Source: Candidatus Omnitrophota bacterium | GTDB lineage: Bacteria > Omnitrophota > Gorgyraeia > JABMRN01 > RBG-13-46-9 | NCBI GenBank assembly: GCA_024542975.1 | Contig: JAMXCZ010000003.1 | Span: forward strand, 1-57,817 | Direction of reading: 5' to 3' | Length of the DNA stretch: 57,817 nt | Shown: piece by piece, positions 9,710 to 18,362 of the stretch | Layout of the letters: every line of letters begins with the position of its first letter | How positions within the stretch are numbered: position 1 is the stretch's first letter | Notes under the pieces: generated by a model | What the model was told of the DNA's origin: nothing | The model's input: the letters and a program-made list of their open reading frames with translations, nothing else | Databases searched by the model: none | Made by a program: the position numbers and the translations under genes

Positions 9710-10047
9710 TGGAGAAAAAATGGTCATGGGGTGTCAATGCGTTCGCCATATTAGTTCTATCTTTTGGAATATTTTTTCTTATCGATGATATAAAAATGAG
9801 AAACCTTAGCTTGATGGGAACAACATTTATTACGGTAATACCTGGTTTATTGGCTATGGGAATCATGCTGAGACGACAAATGGCTCGAAGGATATGCATG
9901 GCGTATTTTTGGGGAGTAGGTATCTTTGCAATCTTTGCCTCATGTTTTAAGGCTATTAATGGTAAAGCCATATTTAGCATAACGATTATCCTTCTAGCAA
10001 TCACTTGGTACCTCACCCGTCCAAAGGTAAAGGAGCTTTTTAAATAG
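9706..10047 (+). CDS. Small multi-TM membrane protein, C-terminus YLTRPKVKELFK
   Basis: About four hydrophobic segments and an ATGA overlap. Confidence 0.75.
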   Translation: MMEKKWSWGVNAFAILVLSFGIFFLIDDIKMRNLSLMGTTFITVIPGLLAMGIMLRRQMARRICMAYFWGVGIFAIFASCFKAINGKAIFSITIILLAITWYLTRPKVKELFK

Positions 10048-10055
10048 GAGAAGCT

Positions 10056-10475
10056 ATGAATAAGAAGTGGTACTCGGGAATCATATTACTAGCAGTATTA
10101 CTTATACTAGGGTCAATTGACCAATTAAGAGATGGCGTGAGAATTGAATCATACCGATTACTTGCGCACCCATTACCAGAATTATATGTGATTATTCGTT
10201 ATGCTGTAGCTAAAATTTTCATATTTTTAGGACTCATTACAGCTATTGGTCTGTTTTTTAGAAGAAACATATCTAGAGTATTTGCAATTATTATAGGCAT
10301 TTACTTATCGGTGTTTTATTATTTAATAGAAGGTCCCCTGGCCGTAAAGAATTTGATAAGTTATGGGGTTGATATAAATGGTGCGGTTATACTTAAAATG
10401 ATAGGTGAATTTAGTTTTGGATTAAGTTTAATTTTATTTTTCACCCGGCCAAAAGTAAAGGAGATGTTTAGGTGA
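10056..10475 (+). CDS. Small multi-TM membrane protein, C-terminus FFTRPKVKEMFR
   Basis: About four TM segments, and a C-terminal motif shared with the preceding gene. Confidence 0.78.
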   Translation: MNKKWYSGIILLAVLLILGSIDQLRDGVRIESYRLLAHPLPELYVIIRYAVAKIFIFLGLITAIGLFFRRNISRVFAIIIGIYLSVFYYLIEGPLAVKNLISYGVDINGAVILKMIGEFSFGLSLILFFTRPKVKEMFR

Positions 10476-10720
10476 TAATTCTAGACATCATTGTCCTGAC
10501 CGCAGGATTTGGCTTATTAATATATGGCGCTTGGCAGCTTTACAATTTCAAGATGAAGGCCTATTTACTCATGGATTATACGTGGCATAGACTAGTCAAG
10601 AAGGATTGGTCAGGGCAAGATGATGAAGAAGCTCGGCATTACTTTAAGAGGGGGATTGTGGCGCTTATCGTGGGGATTATTCTTCTTTTGATAGCCTTTA
10701 AAATGTCAAATAGCCTATAG
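10472..10720 (+). CDS. Two-TM membrane protein
   Basis: GTGA overlap and two hydrophobic helices. Confidence 0.7.
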   Translation: MIILDIIVLTAGFGLLIYGAWQLYNFKMKAYLLMDYTWHRLVKKDWSGQDDEEARHYFKRGIVALIVGIILLLIAFKMSNSL

Positions 10721-10775
10721 TAAATAAAAAAGGAGACATTAACGCTTTTCCCACCTGCACAGAAAAGGAGTAAAA

Positions 10776-11096
10776 ATGTATATCCACCCTGACTTCAAGA
10801 ATTATATCAGCGATTTACTTTGTGCACGATGCAAGGAAACCAGAAAAGACTGTTCTGGTTGCCTACGGGATCTTTATGTTTCTTCTAATCTCGTAGAGCT
10901 TGCAAACGAGGATCTTGAGAAGTTTGTCGAAGATAAAGCGGCCTTTGTAGAATATTGCCGTTCTCGTTGCGTTCACTGTGATCAAAAAGTTAAAGACTGC
11001 GAGAAAGAAAAGTGGGCAGACTGCTTAAAAAGTTACGAGGGAGAGTTATTGGATAGGTTTGAGTTTGTGAATCATCAGGCTTTATGTTTGGCGTAG
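10776..11096 (+). CDS. Cys-rich hypothetical protein
   Basis: AAGGAG SD, with CARC, CSGC and CRSRCVHC clusters. Confidence 0.65.
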   Translation: MYIHPDFKNYISDLLCARCKETRKDCSGCLRDLYVSSNLVELANEDLEKFVEDKAAFVEYCRSRCVHCDQKVKDCEKEKWADCLKSYEGELLDRFEFVNHQALCLA

Positions 11097-11186
11097 ATGA
11101 TCAATGGTGATGTAGTGTGGGTGGGAAAACTTATTGGATATGAAGAAGAAACAACCTGCCTCAAAGTAAAGGAACGGTTTAAGTGA
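11097..11186 (+). pseudogene. Remnant 3' tip of a third KVKE.F(K/R) cassette (29-codon ORF)
   Basis: The ORF ends ...TTCLKVKERFK*, and its DNA resembles 10012-10047 and 10440-10475. It overlaps the next start (GTGA). Confidence 0.45.
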
Positions 11187-11485
11187 ATACAATAGAATGG
11201 ATAGTATGGATGATTTTTGCATTTATCACTGTTTTTGCAGGTATCATGTGGTTTATTCAAGATAAAAAGCATCCAACGGGGCAACGTTATGATACAAATG
11301 TTGTAGTTACGTTGCTTGCTTTACCAAGAATCGTTTTTTGGCAAATTCTTATATTAGTTCTATTTATTTTTGTAGATTTCAATAAACTAAATTTACTGTG
11401 GATTTATCCATTAGTCTGGTTTGGCATTTCGATAAAATGGGCTAAGCATGTCGATAAAAAAGATAAAGAAGGACTAAATAAATGA
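11183..11485 (+). CDS. Small membrane protein
   Basis: Three hydrophobic segments, GTG start. Confidence 0.7.
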   Translation: MNTIEWIVWMIFAFITVFAGIMWFIQDKKHPTGQRYDTNVVVTLLALPRIVFWQILILVLFIFVDFNKLNLLWIYPLVWFGISIKWAKHVDKKDKEGLNK

Positions 11486-11967
11486 CCCTCTTCGCAAAAC
11501 GAATAATGATAGTACTTGTGCTGATTTTTGCCTCATCACAGATCTATGCCCTCCAGGATGAATATACTCAAAAGGTTGAAGAGGGCGGCATTGAAGACTT
11601 GTATCTTGAGCAGGGCATGGTAAACGGTGAGTTTTGGAACAACATGAGCAATCAAGATAAATTTTCATACCTTCTTGGATATCAAGATGGGCTTATGGCA
11701 ACAACGGCACATTTTGTATCGGGCGAAGCAGAAAAAACAAAAGCAATGAGCAGTTTTCCAAAAGGAGTGTTTAATCAACTTATACCGCAGATAGATGAAT
11801 TTTACGCAGAAGAAAAGAATATGGACATCCCAATAAGCTATGTCCTAACGATAATACGAAATCGACAAAAAGGTACTGATGAGACAAAGATACAGAACTA
11901 CACAGAATATCTCCGGGATAGTCAGGGTAAAGATTTGAGGAAATCTATTGAGGGGGAGCAAGAATGA
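11482..11967 (+). CDS. Secreted hypothetical protein
   Basis: Signal peptide followed by NGEFW...KFSYLLGYQDG...IDEFY. Confidence 0.75.
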   Translation: MTLFAKRIMIVLVLIFASSQIYALQDEYTQKVEEGGIEDLYLEQGMVNGEFWNNMSNQDKFSYLLGYQDGLMATTAHFVSGEAEKTKAMSSFPKGVFNQLIPQIDEFYAEEKNMDIPISYVLTIIRNRQKGTDETKIQNYTEYLRDSQGKDLRKSIEGEQE

Positions 11968-12317
11968 CCCTCTCCGCAAAACAAAAGATAATACTATGGA
12001 TAACGATTGGGCTTATTGTTCTGCTAGTCGGGCTTAATGCGGAGCGTGACCAACGTTATACCAAGGATATAATCAACACAGATAAGATTAAAATGTATGG
12101 GTTGGTTTCTGTCGATACAGTTAAATTTTTTGGATTAAACATAGGCTCTTCGACAATTACTGTAGAGCCGTCCAAGGTCAAGAAGAATAAATCGATTTTT
12201 AGCGATTCAAGCAAAGGTTTCTGGTGGCTATGGCTCCTAGCATACTACAAATACCAGCTCATAGTAGCAACCCTTCTGATCGGGTTGATGTTGTTTATAA
12301 CGCTAAGGAAGAAGTGA
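11964..12317 (+). CDS. Two-TM membrane protein
   Basis: ATGA overlap. Its 5' end resembles that of the 11482 gene. Confidence 0.7.
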   Translation: MTLSAKQKIILWITIGLIVLLVGLNAERDQRYTKDIINTDKIKMYGLVSVDTVKFFGLNIGSSTITVEPSKVKKNKSIFSDSSKGFWWLWLLAYYKYQLIVATLLIGLMLFITLRKK

Positions 12318-12682
12318 GCAAAAAACTACTACTCTCTGTTTCAGTCTTTTTATGTATTTTTTTATGTGGTTGTGCTGCAGTAGAGAGACAATTAAACCCT
12401 CGCTCTTACTGGAAGAAAGAAATCAATAGAAGCGAAGCTTATCTCACCGCTTTAAAACAATTTGAAATAGATACTCTTCTTGAAATAAAGAAAAAACGGA
12501 TTACAATGCCAATCGAAATAAGGCAAGCTATAAATTTGGGCATTGATAGAGAGATGGCAACAGAAATGAGAAGGTTAGAATTGAAAGAAAACATTGAGCT
12601 TCTAAAAGAATTACGTAAGGATATAAAAGAAATACAGGAGAAACTAAATCAGGCTAAATATGAACTTAGTAAATATGAATAA
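12314..12682 (+). CDS. Putative coiled-coil lipoprotein
   Basis: A GTG start at 12314 gives MSKKLLLSVSVFLCIFLCGC (lipobox-like), followed by a helical charged region. Confidence 0.7.
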   Translation: MSKKLLLSVSVFLCIFLCGCAAVERQLNPRSYWKKEINRSEAYLTALKQFEIDTLLEIKKKRITMPIEIRQAINLGIDREMATEMRRLELKENIELLKELRKDIKEIQEKLNQAKYELSKYE

Positions 12683-12947
12683 ACCCATCAAAAAAATCAT
12701 AGCCAGAGAAGGGCTTGTAATTATCGGAATACTTCTAATATCTCTTATACTTTATGTCTACGCAAAATTTTTAGGACAAGGAGCAGGATATCGTGGTCTT
12801 GATGGAGCGATATTTATTTTAAGGCGACAAAAAAGCATCTTCCTTTTATCAAGTTTAATTCTTCTGTTTGGCTATCCTGTCCGCTGGTTACTCCATTATC
12901 CTATCCATTTTATCCTTTGGGCAATTAGAATATTAAGGGCGAAATGA
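12675..12947 (+). CDS. Small membrane protein (MNKPIKKIIAREG...)
   Basis: Two hydrophobic segments, overlapping the previous stop. Confidence 0.7.
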   Translation: MNKPIKKIIAREGLVIIGILLISLILYVYAKFLGQGAGYRGLDGAIFILRRQKSIFLLSSLILLFGYPVRWLLHYPIHFILWAIRILRAK

Positions 12948-13027
12948 TATGAAGATCTCCCTTACCCCTAAAGAAAAAAAGATAATACCCCTAGAGAATG
13001 TACGAAAGAGGCTCTAAAGAATAGATC

Positions 13028-13594
13028 ATGAAAATAATATGTTCCAGCTGCAAGAAAGTTTTAGGCATTCAAAAACCTTTTAATGATAATTCCGAAGTTC
13101 CAGCCAAATGTCCTGATTGCTTCCAGAAAGAAAAGGAAGAGGCTTCAAAGTTGCCGCCATTGCCAGCACCTGGTGAGCGAAAGGATATTACATTCGGAAG
13201 CGGTCTCAAGGGTTTTCTTACGGTCGCAGGCACTAATACTGCAAAACTTCCCCTGTGGTATTTGATAGTTTCCGGGAAGAAGATATTTTGTGCCAAGGAT
13301 CACAGAGAGAGTTTTCAGGAATACCTAGAAATGAGAGACAGCGATCAGGTAGATGTGACTTTCGTATATTCTTCATCTATTAAGATTTTGCCAGGAGATC
13401 GCAGAAGAAAAAAACAACCCATTAAGAAAGAGAAGCCCCAATCGATTGATTATAATTGTACTGTAACGGTTCCCAAGGGTTACGCGCTTATGATGTTTGA
13501 TAGCGTGGCGGAGCAGCACGAGCGGTTTATGGGTGTAGTTATTGAGGGAATGGCTAAAGCATGGAAGGATAGCAGGCTCGGCTTATCGGTGTAA
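13028..13594 (+). CDS. Hypothetical protein with N-terminal zinc ribbon
   Basis: CSSC...CPDC motif, 188 aa. Confidence 0.7.
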   Translation: MKIICSSCKKVLGIQKPFNDNSEVPAKCPDCFQKEKEEASKLPPLPAPGERKDITFGSGLKGFLTVAGTNTAKLPLWYLIVSGKKIFCAKDHRESFQEYLEMRDSDQVDVTFVYSSSIKILPGDRRRKKQPIKKEKPQSIDYNCTVTVPKGYALMMFDSVAEQHERFMGVVIEGMAKAWKDSRLGLSV

Positions 13595-13610
13595 AAGAAG
13601 TTTAGGAGAG

Positions 13611-13838
13611 TTAAGCTTTTCCTTTGAAATTAAGCAGTTTTGAAAGGCTTATACGAAAGGCATTAGCGAGCTTTTCTAGCGTATCTATCGTGGCTCCGGA
13701 GGGATTTTTACCTTCCAATAGTTGAATGTGTTTATAGTCTACCCCGGATAATTCCGATAACTTTTCTTGGGTATAACCCCGCTTCTTACGCAATTCTCTT
13801 AATCTTACCGCAAGCTTGAGCTTAGTTCCCATGTTCAT
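13611..13838 (-). CDS. XRE-family transcriptional repressor
   Basis: RLRELRKKRGYTQEKLSELSGVDYKHIQLLE...TLEKLANAF. It is the only credible minus-strand gene in the element. Confidence 0.88.
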   Translation of the reverse strand: MNMGTKLKLAVRLRELRKKRGYTQEKLSELSGVDYKHIQLLEGKNPSGATIDTLEKLANAFRISLSKLLNFKGKA

Positions 13839-13870
13839 AACGACACAATTATCACATACTTTGCTAGTCG

Positions 13871-13899
13871 TTGACACCGTAAGAATACGGTGATATACT
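13871..13899 (+). promoter_or_regulatory. Rightward promoter with overlapping palindromic operator
   Basis: TTGACA-17-TATACT with extended TG. The palindrome CACCGTA-AGAA-TACGGTG (13875-13892) fills the spacer. Confidence 0.75.
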
Positions 13900-13956
13900 T
13901 AAATGGGAAGGTGAAAAAATGAAACACCAAATTCCATATAGTAGGGTGCAAATTAA

Positions 13957-14160
13957 ATGAGTCCTACAGATAAAATCCTATTTTTTTTAATTGTAACTAT
14001 CGAGAAAAGCCGGAGAAGGCTACTCGTTTGGCTAAAGCAAAAGCCATTTCTCTGTGGGGCTGTTGTAGTTTTTATCTCAAGTTTCATAATACCCCGCTAT
14101 TTCATACAAGCTCTTGTTTTGGCTATGGCTTTGTTTGTGATGCAGTTAAAGACAAGGTGA
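13957..14160 (+). CDS. Small membrane hypothetical protein
   Basis: 67 aa with a hydrophobic C-terminal half, first ORF after the promoter. Confidence 0.45.
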   Translation: MSPTDKILFFLIVTIEKSRRRLLVWLKQKPFLCGAVVVFISSFIIPRYFIQALVLAMALFVMQLKTR

Positions 14161-14165
14161 AGAAT

Positions 14166-14384
14166 ATGGACAAGCCGATATTGCTAGACCGGGGAGAGGC
14201 AGAGAGGATCGCTGGTGAAATACTAGACAAGCTCGAGCCAGAGAATTACCCGAAGATACTGGCCCTAACAAGGGAATCAGCAATCAGGGGGATCGTGGAT
14301 GGCGCGGCCGTGGGGAACGACCAGTACCGGGAAGGGTTCCTGACGAACACGGTGTTAGTGATGGAAGCCGACTTGTCGTATTAG
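14166..14384 (+). CDS. 72-aa hypothetical protein, paralog 1
   Basis: 54/72 aa identical to 15076-15294 (hand count), with an AAGGTG SD. Confidence 0.8.
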   Translation: MDKPILLDRGEAERIAGEILDKLEPENYPKILALTRESAIRGIVDGAAVGNDQYREGFLTNTVLVMEADLSY

Positions 14385-14476
14385 CGCTCCTAGATACTAG
14401 ACATAGAAATGCTCACCCTTTTTAATTGTGAATACCAACAAACAATTAAGTACAAGTTAAGAAAGGATCATGGTTA

Positions 14477-15058
14477 ATGGTTGCCGGATTCTCACCAACA
14501 GATGAAGGAAATGAGGTCGTTTGTACCTTTTGTGGAGAAGAATTTAAAAAAAAGGATTTAATTAAATTAGACGATGGCGAATGGGGCTGCCAGAATTGCA
14601 TTGAAGAGGGGGCGTCTATTATAAAGCAAGTCATTGCTCAACGACGAGATGGGAGAGCAGCTAATCAGGATAGAACGAAGCCCAAGAATGAAGAGAACGG
14701 GAAGAGTTTAAAAGAAAAGACGCAGGGGAAACCAAGCTTGAAAAGGTTACAAGAGTTGGTGAGGTGGAGACATATGGTGACATTGATGAAACAGTTTATA
14801 GAAGGGCAGTCTGACAAAATGAACAAACTGGTTTTGTATATCGTTCTTTGGCTAATAATTGTTATTACCGCGTACTCGTTTTTGATTCCGAAGTATTACT
14901 TTACCACAAATTATGGTGTGCCATATTACCGTTGCAATAGAGTAACCGGCGTTATCGAAAATGTTTTGGATGAAGCGGATGAAGCGGATGACGCGCGTGA
15001 TAAGGCTGAAGAGCCAAAGCTTTTGTGGTTTAAAAACCTCTTCAGAAGGAACAAATAG
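14477..15058 (+). CDS. C4 zinc-finger (ClpX-ZBD-like) plus TM-segment protein
   Basis: CTFC...CQNC followed later by a TM helix (LVLYIVLWLIIVITAYSFLI). Confidence 0.6.
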   Translation: MVAGFSPTDEGNEVVCTFCGEEFKKKDLIKLDDGEWGCQNCIEEGASIIKQVIAQRRDGRAANQDRTKPKNEENGKSLKEKTQGKPSLKRLQELVRWRHMVTLMKQFIEGQSDKMNKLVLYIVLWLIIVITAYSFLIPKYYFTTNYGVPYYRCNRVTGVIENVLDEADEADDARDKAEEPKLLWFKNLFRRNK

Positions 15059-15075
15059 AAAAGAAGGTGAATAAT

Positions 15076-15294
15076 ATGGACAAGCCGATACTACTAAACC
15101 GAGAGCAGGCCGAGAAGATCGCAAGCGAGATATTGAACGAGCTCGAGCCGGAGAACTACCCGAAGCTCCTGGCGTTAAACCGGGAATCAGCGATAAGGCG
15201 GATCGTAGACGGCGCGGCGGTGAGCAAAGACCAATACGAGGAAGGCTTCCTGACGAACGCCGTGTTGACGAACGAGAGCGACCTGTCCCGTTAG
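15076..15294 (+). CDS. 72-aa hypothetical protein, paralog 2
   Basis: Paralog of 14166-14384 with the same upstream AAGGTGA..AAT ATG context. Confidence 0.8.
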   Translation: MDKPILLNREQAEKIASEILNELEPENYPKLLALNRESAIRRIVDGAAVSKDQYEEGFLTNAVLTNESDLSR

Positions 15295-15431
15295 ACGAAC
15301 CTGTAAGTCCTCAAAAATCCTACCGAACTTCCGTAGAAGATTCCGAAGGTATTATACGAAGCTGGGAAGCTAACAAATAAAATGGCTTGAGTAGCCTGCG
15401 AAGTAGCGTTACAATAAAACAGCAATCAAAG

Positions 15432-16046
15432 ATGGAAAGGAGTCAAACAAAAATGAGAATATTAGAGCTCGATTTAGATGCTGGCATTAGCCCCATAAAT
15501 ATTACAAAAACTGAAGAACTCAAAAGACTTGGGAATCGCGCTAAAAAAAGAGAATTATCGCATGAACTTCAAAGCGAAGGAAGAAAAATTAGGAAAAAAT
15601 TTGATCTTCCAATTAATGGAATAAAAAAATTTCCAAGGGGCAAAAAGTTATCAGAATCAGAAAAAAAGCAGCATAAAGAAAAAAATAAACCTTTCAATTT
15701 AATTCTATTATCTCTACTCTATGATGATGAAGAACTTAAAGAACGGGGCATTGAGGGAAAAAGTCGAAAAAAAGAATATGAAGAGGACATAAGAGAGCTT
15801 CGACGTAAACTTTTTTTGCCAATGGAATTTCAAAAAACGCTAGCCCATTGGTATATACCATATAATAAAATTCCAGCAATTTACACTCATTCGTCCGGGT
15901 GTCAAATATGGCGTAAAGATGTAGACGGTGAAAGAATACTTTTTGTTAGCGTAACCGCCAAGACTAGACACAACGATTACAGACAAGTTTGGAGCTGTAT
16001 AGAAGAACAGCGGGATTTTTATTATAAAAGTGTTATTTTTAAATAA
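15432..16046 (+). CDS. Hypothetical basic protein
   Basis: Long Lys/Glu-rich ORF. The start is uncertain (15387, 15432 or 15453). Confidence 0.6.
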   Translation: MERSQTKMRILELDLDAGISPINITKTEELKRLGNRAKKRELSHELQSEGRKIRKKFDLPINGIKKFPRGKKLSESEKKQHKEKNKPFNLILLSLLYDDEELKERGIEGKSRKKEYEEDIRELRRKLFLPMEFQKTLAHWYIPYNKIPAIYTHSSGCQIWRKDVDGERILFVSVTAKTRHNDYRQVWSCIEEQRDFYYKSVIFK

Positions 16047-16140
16047 AATGTGATATACTTGAAGCAGTAAAGTTCTTTATAAAAAGTAGTAACACTGGGC
16101 TCAAACCCGCAATCCTATTATAGGTAGGATTCAAAACCGC

Positions 16141-16180
16141 AGCCCCATAATAACTAAAAAGTTATTGTGGGGCTTTTTTT
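16141..16180 (+). terminator. Intrinsic terminator upstream of dnaB-like gene
   Basis: AGCCCCATAATAACT-AAAA-AGTTATTGTGGGGCT followed by a T-run. Confidence 0.8.
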
Positions 16181-16275
16181 ATTTGCGAAAAAGGATTCCG
16201 CAATAGCTGAAGCAATTTATATTTCTACAGTGATCCATAAGGTGATGAACGATATAGCTAAAAGAATGAAAAAAA

Positions 16276-17592
16276 GTGAAAGGACTGAAAAAAATGAGAC
16301 AAGCAAAAGAAGAAAATCTACCTACAATACCGCATAACGAAGAAGCCGAACGCGCTTGTTTGGCCTCACTCATACTAGACAAAAACCTCATAAACGAAGC
16401 TATCGAGACTATTGCTCCCGAGCATTTCTACGGCGCTCGAAATAGGACCGTGTATAAAGCCATACTTACCCTTGCAAAAGAAGGAAAGCCGGCAGACCTT
16501 GTAGTCTTAAACGACGTTTTAAAGAATAAGGACGTTCCCGCGTCCTTTTTGGTCGAACTTACTGCCTCAATTCCTACATCCGCAAACTTTCGCCATTACG
16601 CAGAAATACTTAAAGGCCACTATGTCCGGCGCCTGACAATAGAGAAATCATACCGCCATATCGAGGAGGCTCAAACTACCGATGATTATTCCGGACTTCT
16701 CGCTTTAGTAACGCAAGAATTTTCTAAGCTTGCCCAGGAGCAGATTAAAAGCGATATCCTGTCACCAAAGGAGTTGGCTAAGATAGGATTGAAGGATTTC
16801 ACCGATAGGCTTGATAATAAAATTGATTTTACAGGCTTTTCCAGTGGCTATTATCAGCTTGATAGGCTATGCGGAGGCTTTGGTCGAGGCGATCTGGTTA
16901 TCGTGGCTGGCCAGACAAGCATCGGCAAGAGCGCGTTCCTTTTAGATATTGCTTATCGGCAATCGATCCGAGGAGGCCTTAAATGCGCTTATTTTAGCCT
17001 GGAGATGGGTGTTTTTGAGATAGTCTATCGCCTTCTAAGTAAGATGACTTTTTTGGAATCCACCGCTATAAAAGCGCCTAAGCTTTTAAAAGAAGAACAA
17101 ATAAAAAAAGTCATACAGGCTGCAAATGCTCTGCACGATTCCAATTTTTTCCTCGATATCATGCCTATCATCAATCTTGAAAAGCTCTTGGCTAAAGCGC
17201 GAAAGATAAATGCAAAGGAGAATATCGACTTAATTTTTATAGACTACATACAGCTCATATCAACCAGGGTTAAAAATCAGGCAAGACACGAGGTTCTTTC
17301 GGATATAACTAAGGACCTAAAGCAGCTTGCCCGGGAGCTTGAAGTACCGGTAATCGCCGGCGCGCAACTTAACAGATCCACGCTCGAGAAAGCAGAGCCC
17401 AAGTTAAGCCATATCGGGGAAAGCTTTGCGATCGTGCAACATGCCGATTCCGTGATTTTAATTTCAAGAAACGACGCAAATGCAACCCTCAATATAGCCA
17501 AAGCCCGGCAAGCCAAAGGCGGAAAATTCGACTTAAGATTCGATTTTAAAACAGTCTCCTTTGTGGAGCGGGAGGTAGCTAATGATTTATGA
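16276..17592 (+). CDS. Element-encoded DnaB-like replicative helicase
   Basis: PHNEEAERACL N-terminal domain, Walker A AGQTSIGKS, FSLEM, IFIDYIQL, AQLNR and AKARQ. The start may be 16294. Confidence 0.92.
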   Translation: MKGLKKMRQAKEENLPTIPHNEEAERACLASLILDKNLINEAIETIAPEHFYGARNRTVYKAILTLAKEGKPADLVVLNDVLKNKDVPASFLVELTASIPTSANFRHYAEILKGHYVRRLTIEKSYRHIEEAQTTDDYSGLLALVTQEFSKLAQEQIKSDILSPKELAKIGLKDFTDRLDNKIDFTGFSSGYYQLDRLCGGFGRGDLVIVAGQTSIGKSAFLLDIAYRQSIRGGLKCAYFSLEMGVFEIVYRLLSKMTFLESTAIKAPKLLKEEQIKKVIQAANALHDSNFFLDIMPIINLEKLLAKARKINAKENIDLIFIDYIQLISTRVKNQARHEVLSDITKDLKQLARELEVPVIAGAQLNRSTLEKAEPKLSHIGESFAIVQHADSVILISRNDANATLNIAKARQAKGGKFDLRFDFKTVSFVEREVANDL

Positions 17593-17890
17593 GACTACTG
17601 ATATAAAACTTGGAGCTGCAATCCTCGCTGAAATCCTTGAGACCTTCTTCGTGGGTATTAGCAAAGAGAACTGTGTCGGCACAAAGAGACCTATCAAAAT
17701 AACCTATTCTGAGGAATACGCGGAGACGTTGAAAAAACTAATAGGAGACTACGAGAGAAAAGTTTTAATGGTAAATTTATACGAGTTTAATCGCGCGTTA
17801 TTTCTGATACGCAATGCGCTATTCGGAAGAAGTGGACATAATGGAAACGGATTGAGAGAAAGGAAGGCCGGAGGTGCAACTAGACGATAG
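17582..17890 (+). CDS. DUF5659-like phage/ICE protein
   Basis: YETTDIKLGAAIL...LYEFNRALFLIRNALF pattern, in a replication-module context. Confidence 0.55.
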   Translation: MIYETTDIKLGAAILAEILETFFVGISKENCVGTKRPIKITYSEEYAETLKKLIGDYERKVLMVNLYEFNRALFLIRNALFGRSGHNGNGLRERKAGGATRR

Positions 17891-18362
17891 AAAGAAGCGA
17901 ACCGTTCGAATCCCTACCGAAATATGGGAAGCCTTAACAAAGGTTAGAATTAGTGGTGAAGAATGGCAATGTTTATGTTTGATTTTAAGAAAAACTTACG
18001 GCTGGCATAAGAGCAAGGATTGGATATCCAATTCACAGTTTGTTAATGCTACCGGGATTAAGAAGCAGAGTGTAAATAGGGCGTTAAAAAAATTGATAGC
18101 GAAAAATATAGTAAGCAAAAAAGCTTACGAAAGTAGGCAGTTTTACGGATTAAACGAAGATCTTCGGAGATGGAAACCGTCAGCAAAAAAGCTTACTAAA
18201 AATGTAAGCAATAAAGCTTCTGGTAGTAAGCCAAAAAGCTTCTCAGATGTAAGCAATAATGCTGCCCACAAAAGCATTATTACAAAAGCATCTATTACAA
18301 AAGAGAAAGAGTTTGAAAAAACATTTGGTAAGAATCCAGAAGAATTTATAAGAAGAGTGTAG
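17874..18362 (+). CDS. Phage replication initiator, lambda O N-terminal type
   Basis: EAL...ILRKTYGWHKSKDWISNSQF...TG...RALKKL, with internal iterons. Confidence 0.85.
   Translation: MQLDDRKKRTVRIPTEIWEALTKVRISGEEWQCLCLILRKTYGWHKSKDWISNSQFVNATGIKKQSVNRALKKLIAKNIVSKKAYESRQFYGLNEDLRRWKPSAKKLTKNVSNKASGSKPKSFSDVSNNAAHKSIITKASITKEKEFEKTFGKNPEEFIRRV
18111..18304. repeat. Iteron array / replication origin inside the initiator gene
   Basis: Five 18-bp quasi-palindromes GTAAGC-N6-GCTTAC at 18111, 18179, 18204, 18226 and 18249, followed by AT-rich CAAAAGCA..TATTA repeats. Confidence 0.8.

Noticed and set aside
8530-13027. Integron cassette array
   Set aside because: Genes overlap or abut, leaving no room for attC sites, and the integrase is phage-type rather than IntI-like.
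14166-15294. Paralog pair as DGR template/variable repeats for the RT
   Set aside because: Differences are largely synonymous and involve all bases rather than being adenine-specific. The RT has Abi/UG motifs, and no avd-like gene is seen.
18111-18304. CRISPR array
   Set aside because: The repeats are 18 bp, degenerate, irregularly spaced and inside a coding gene. They fit iterons, and no cas genes are present.
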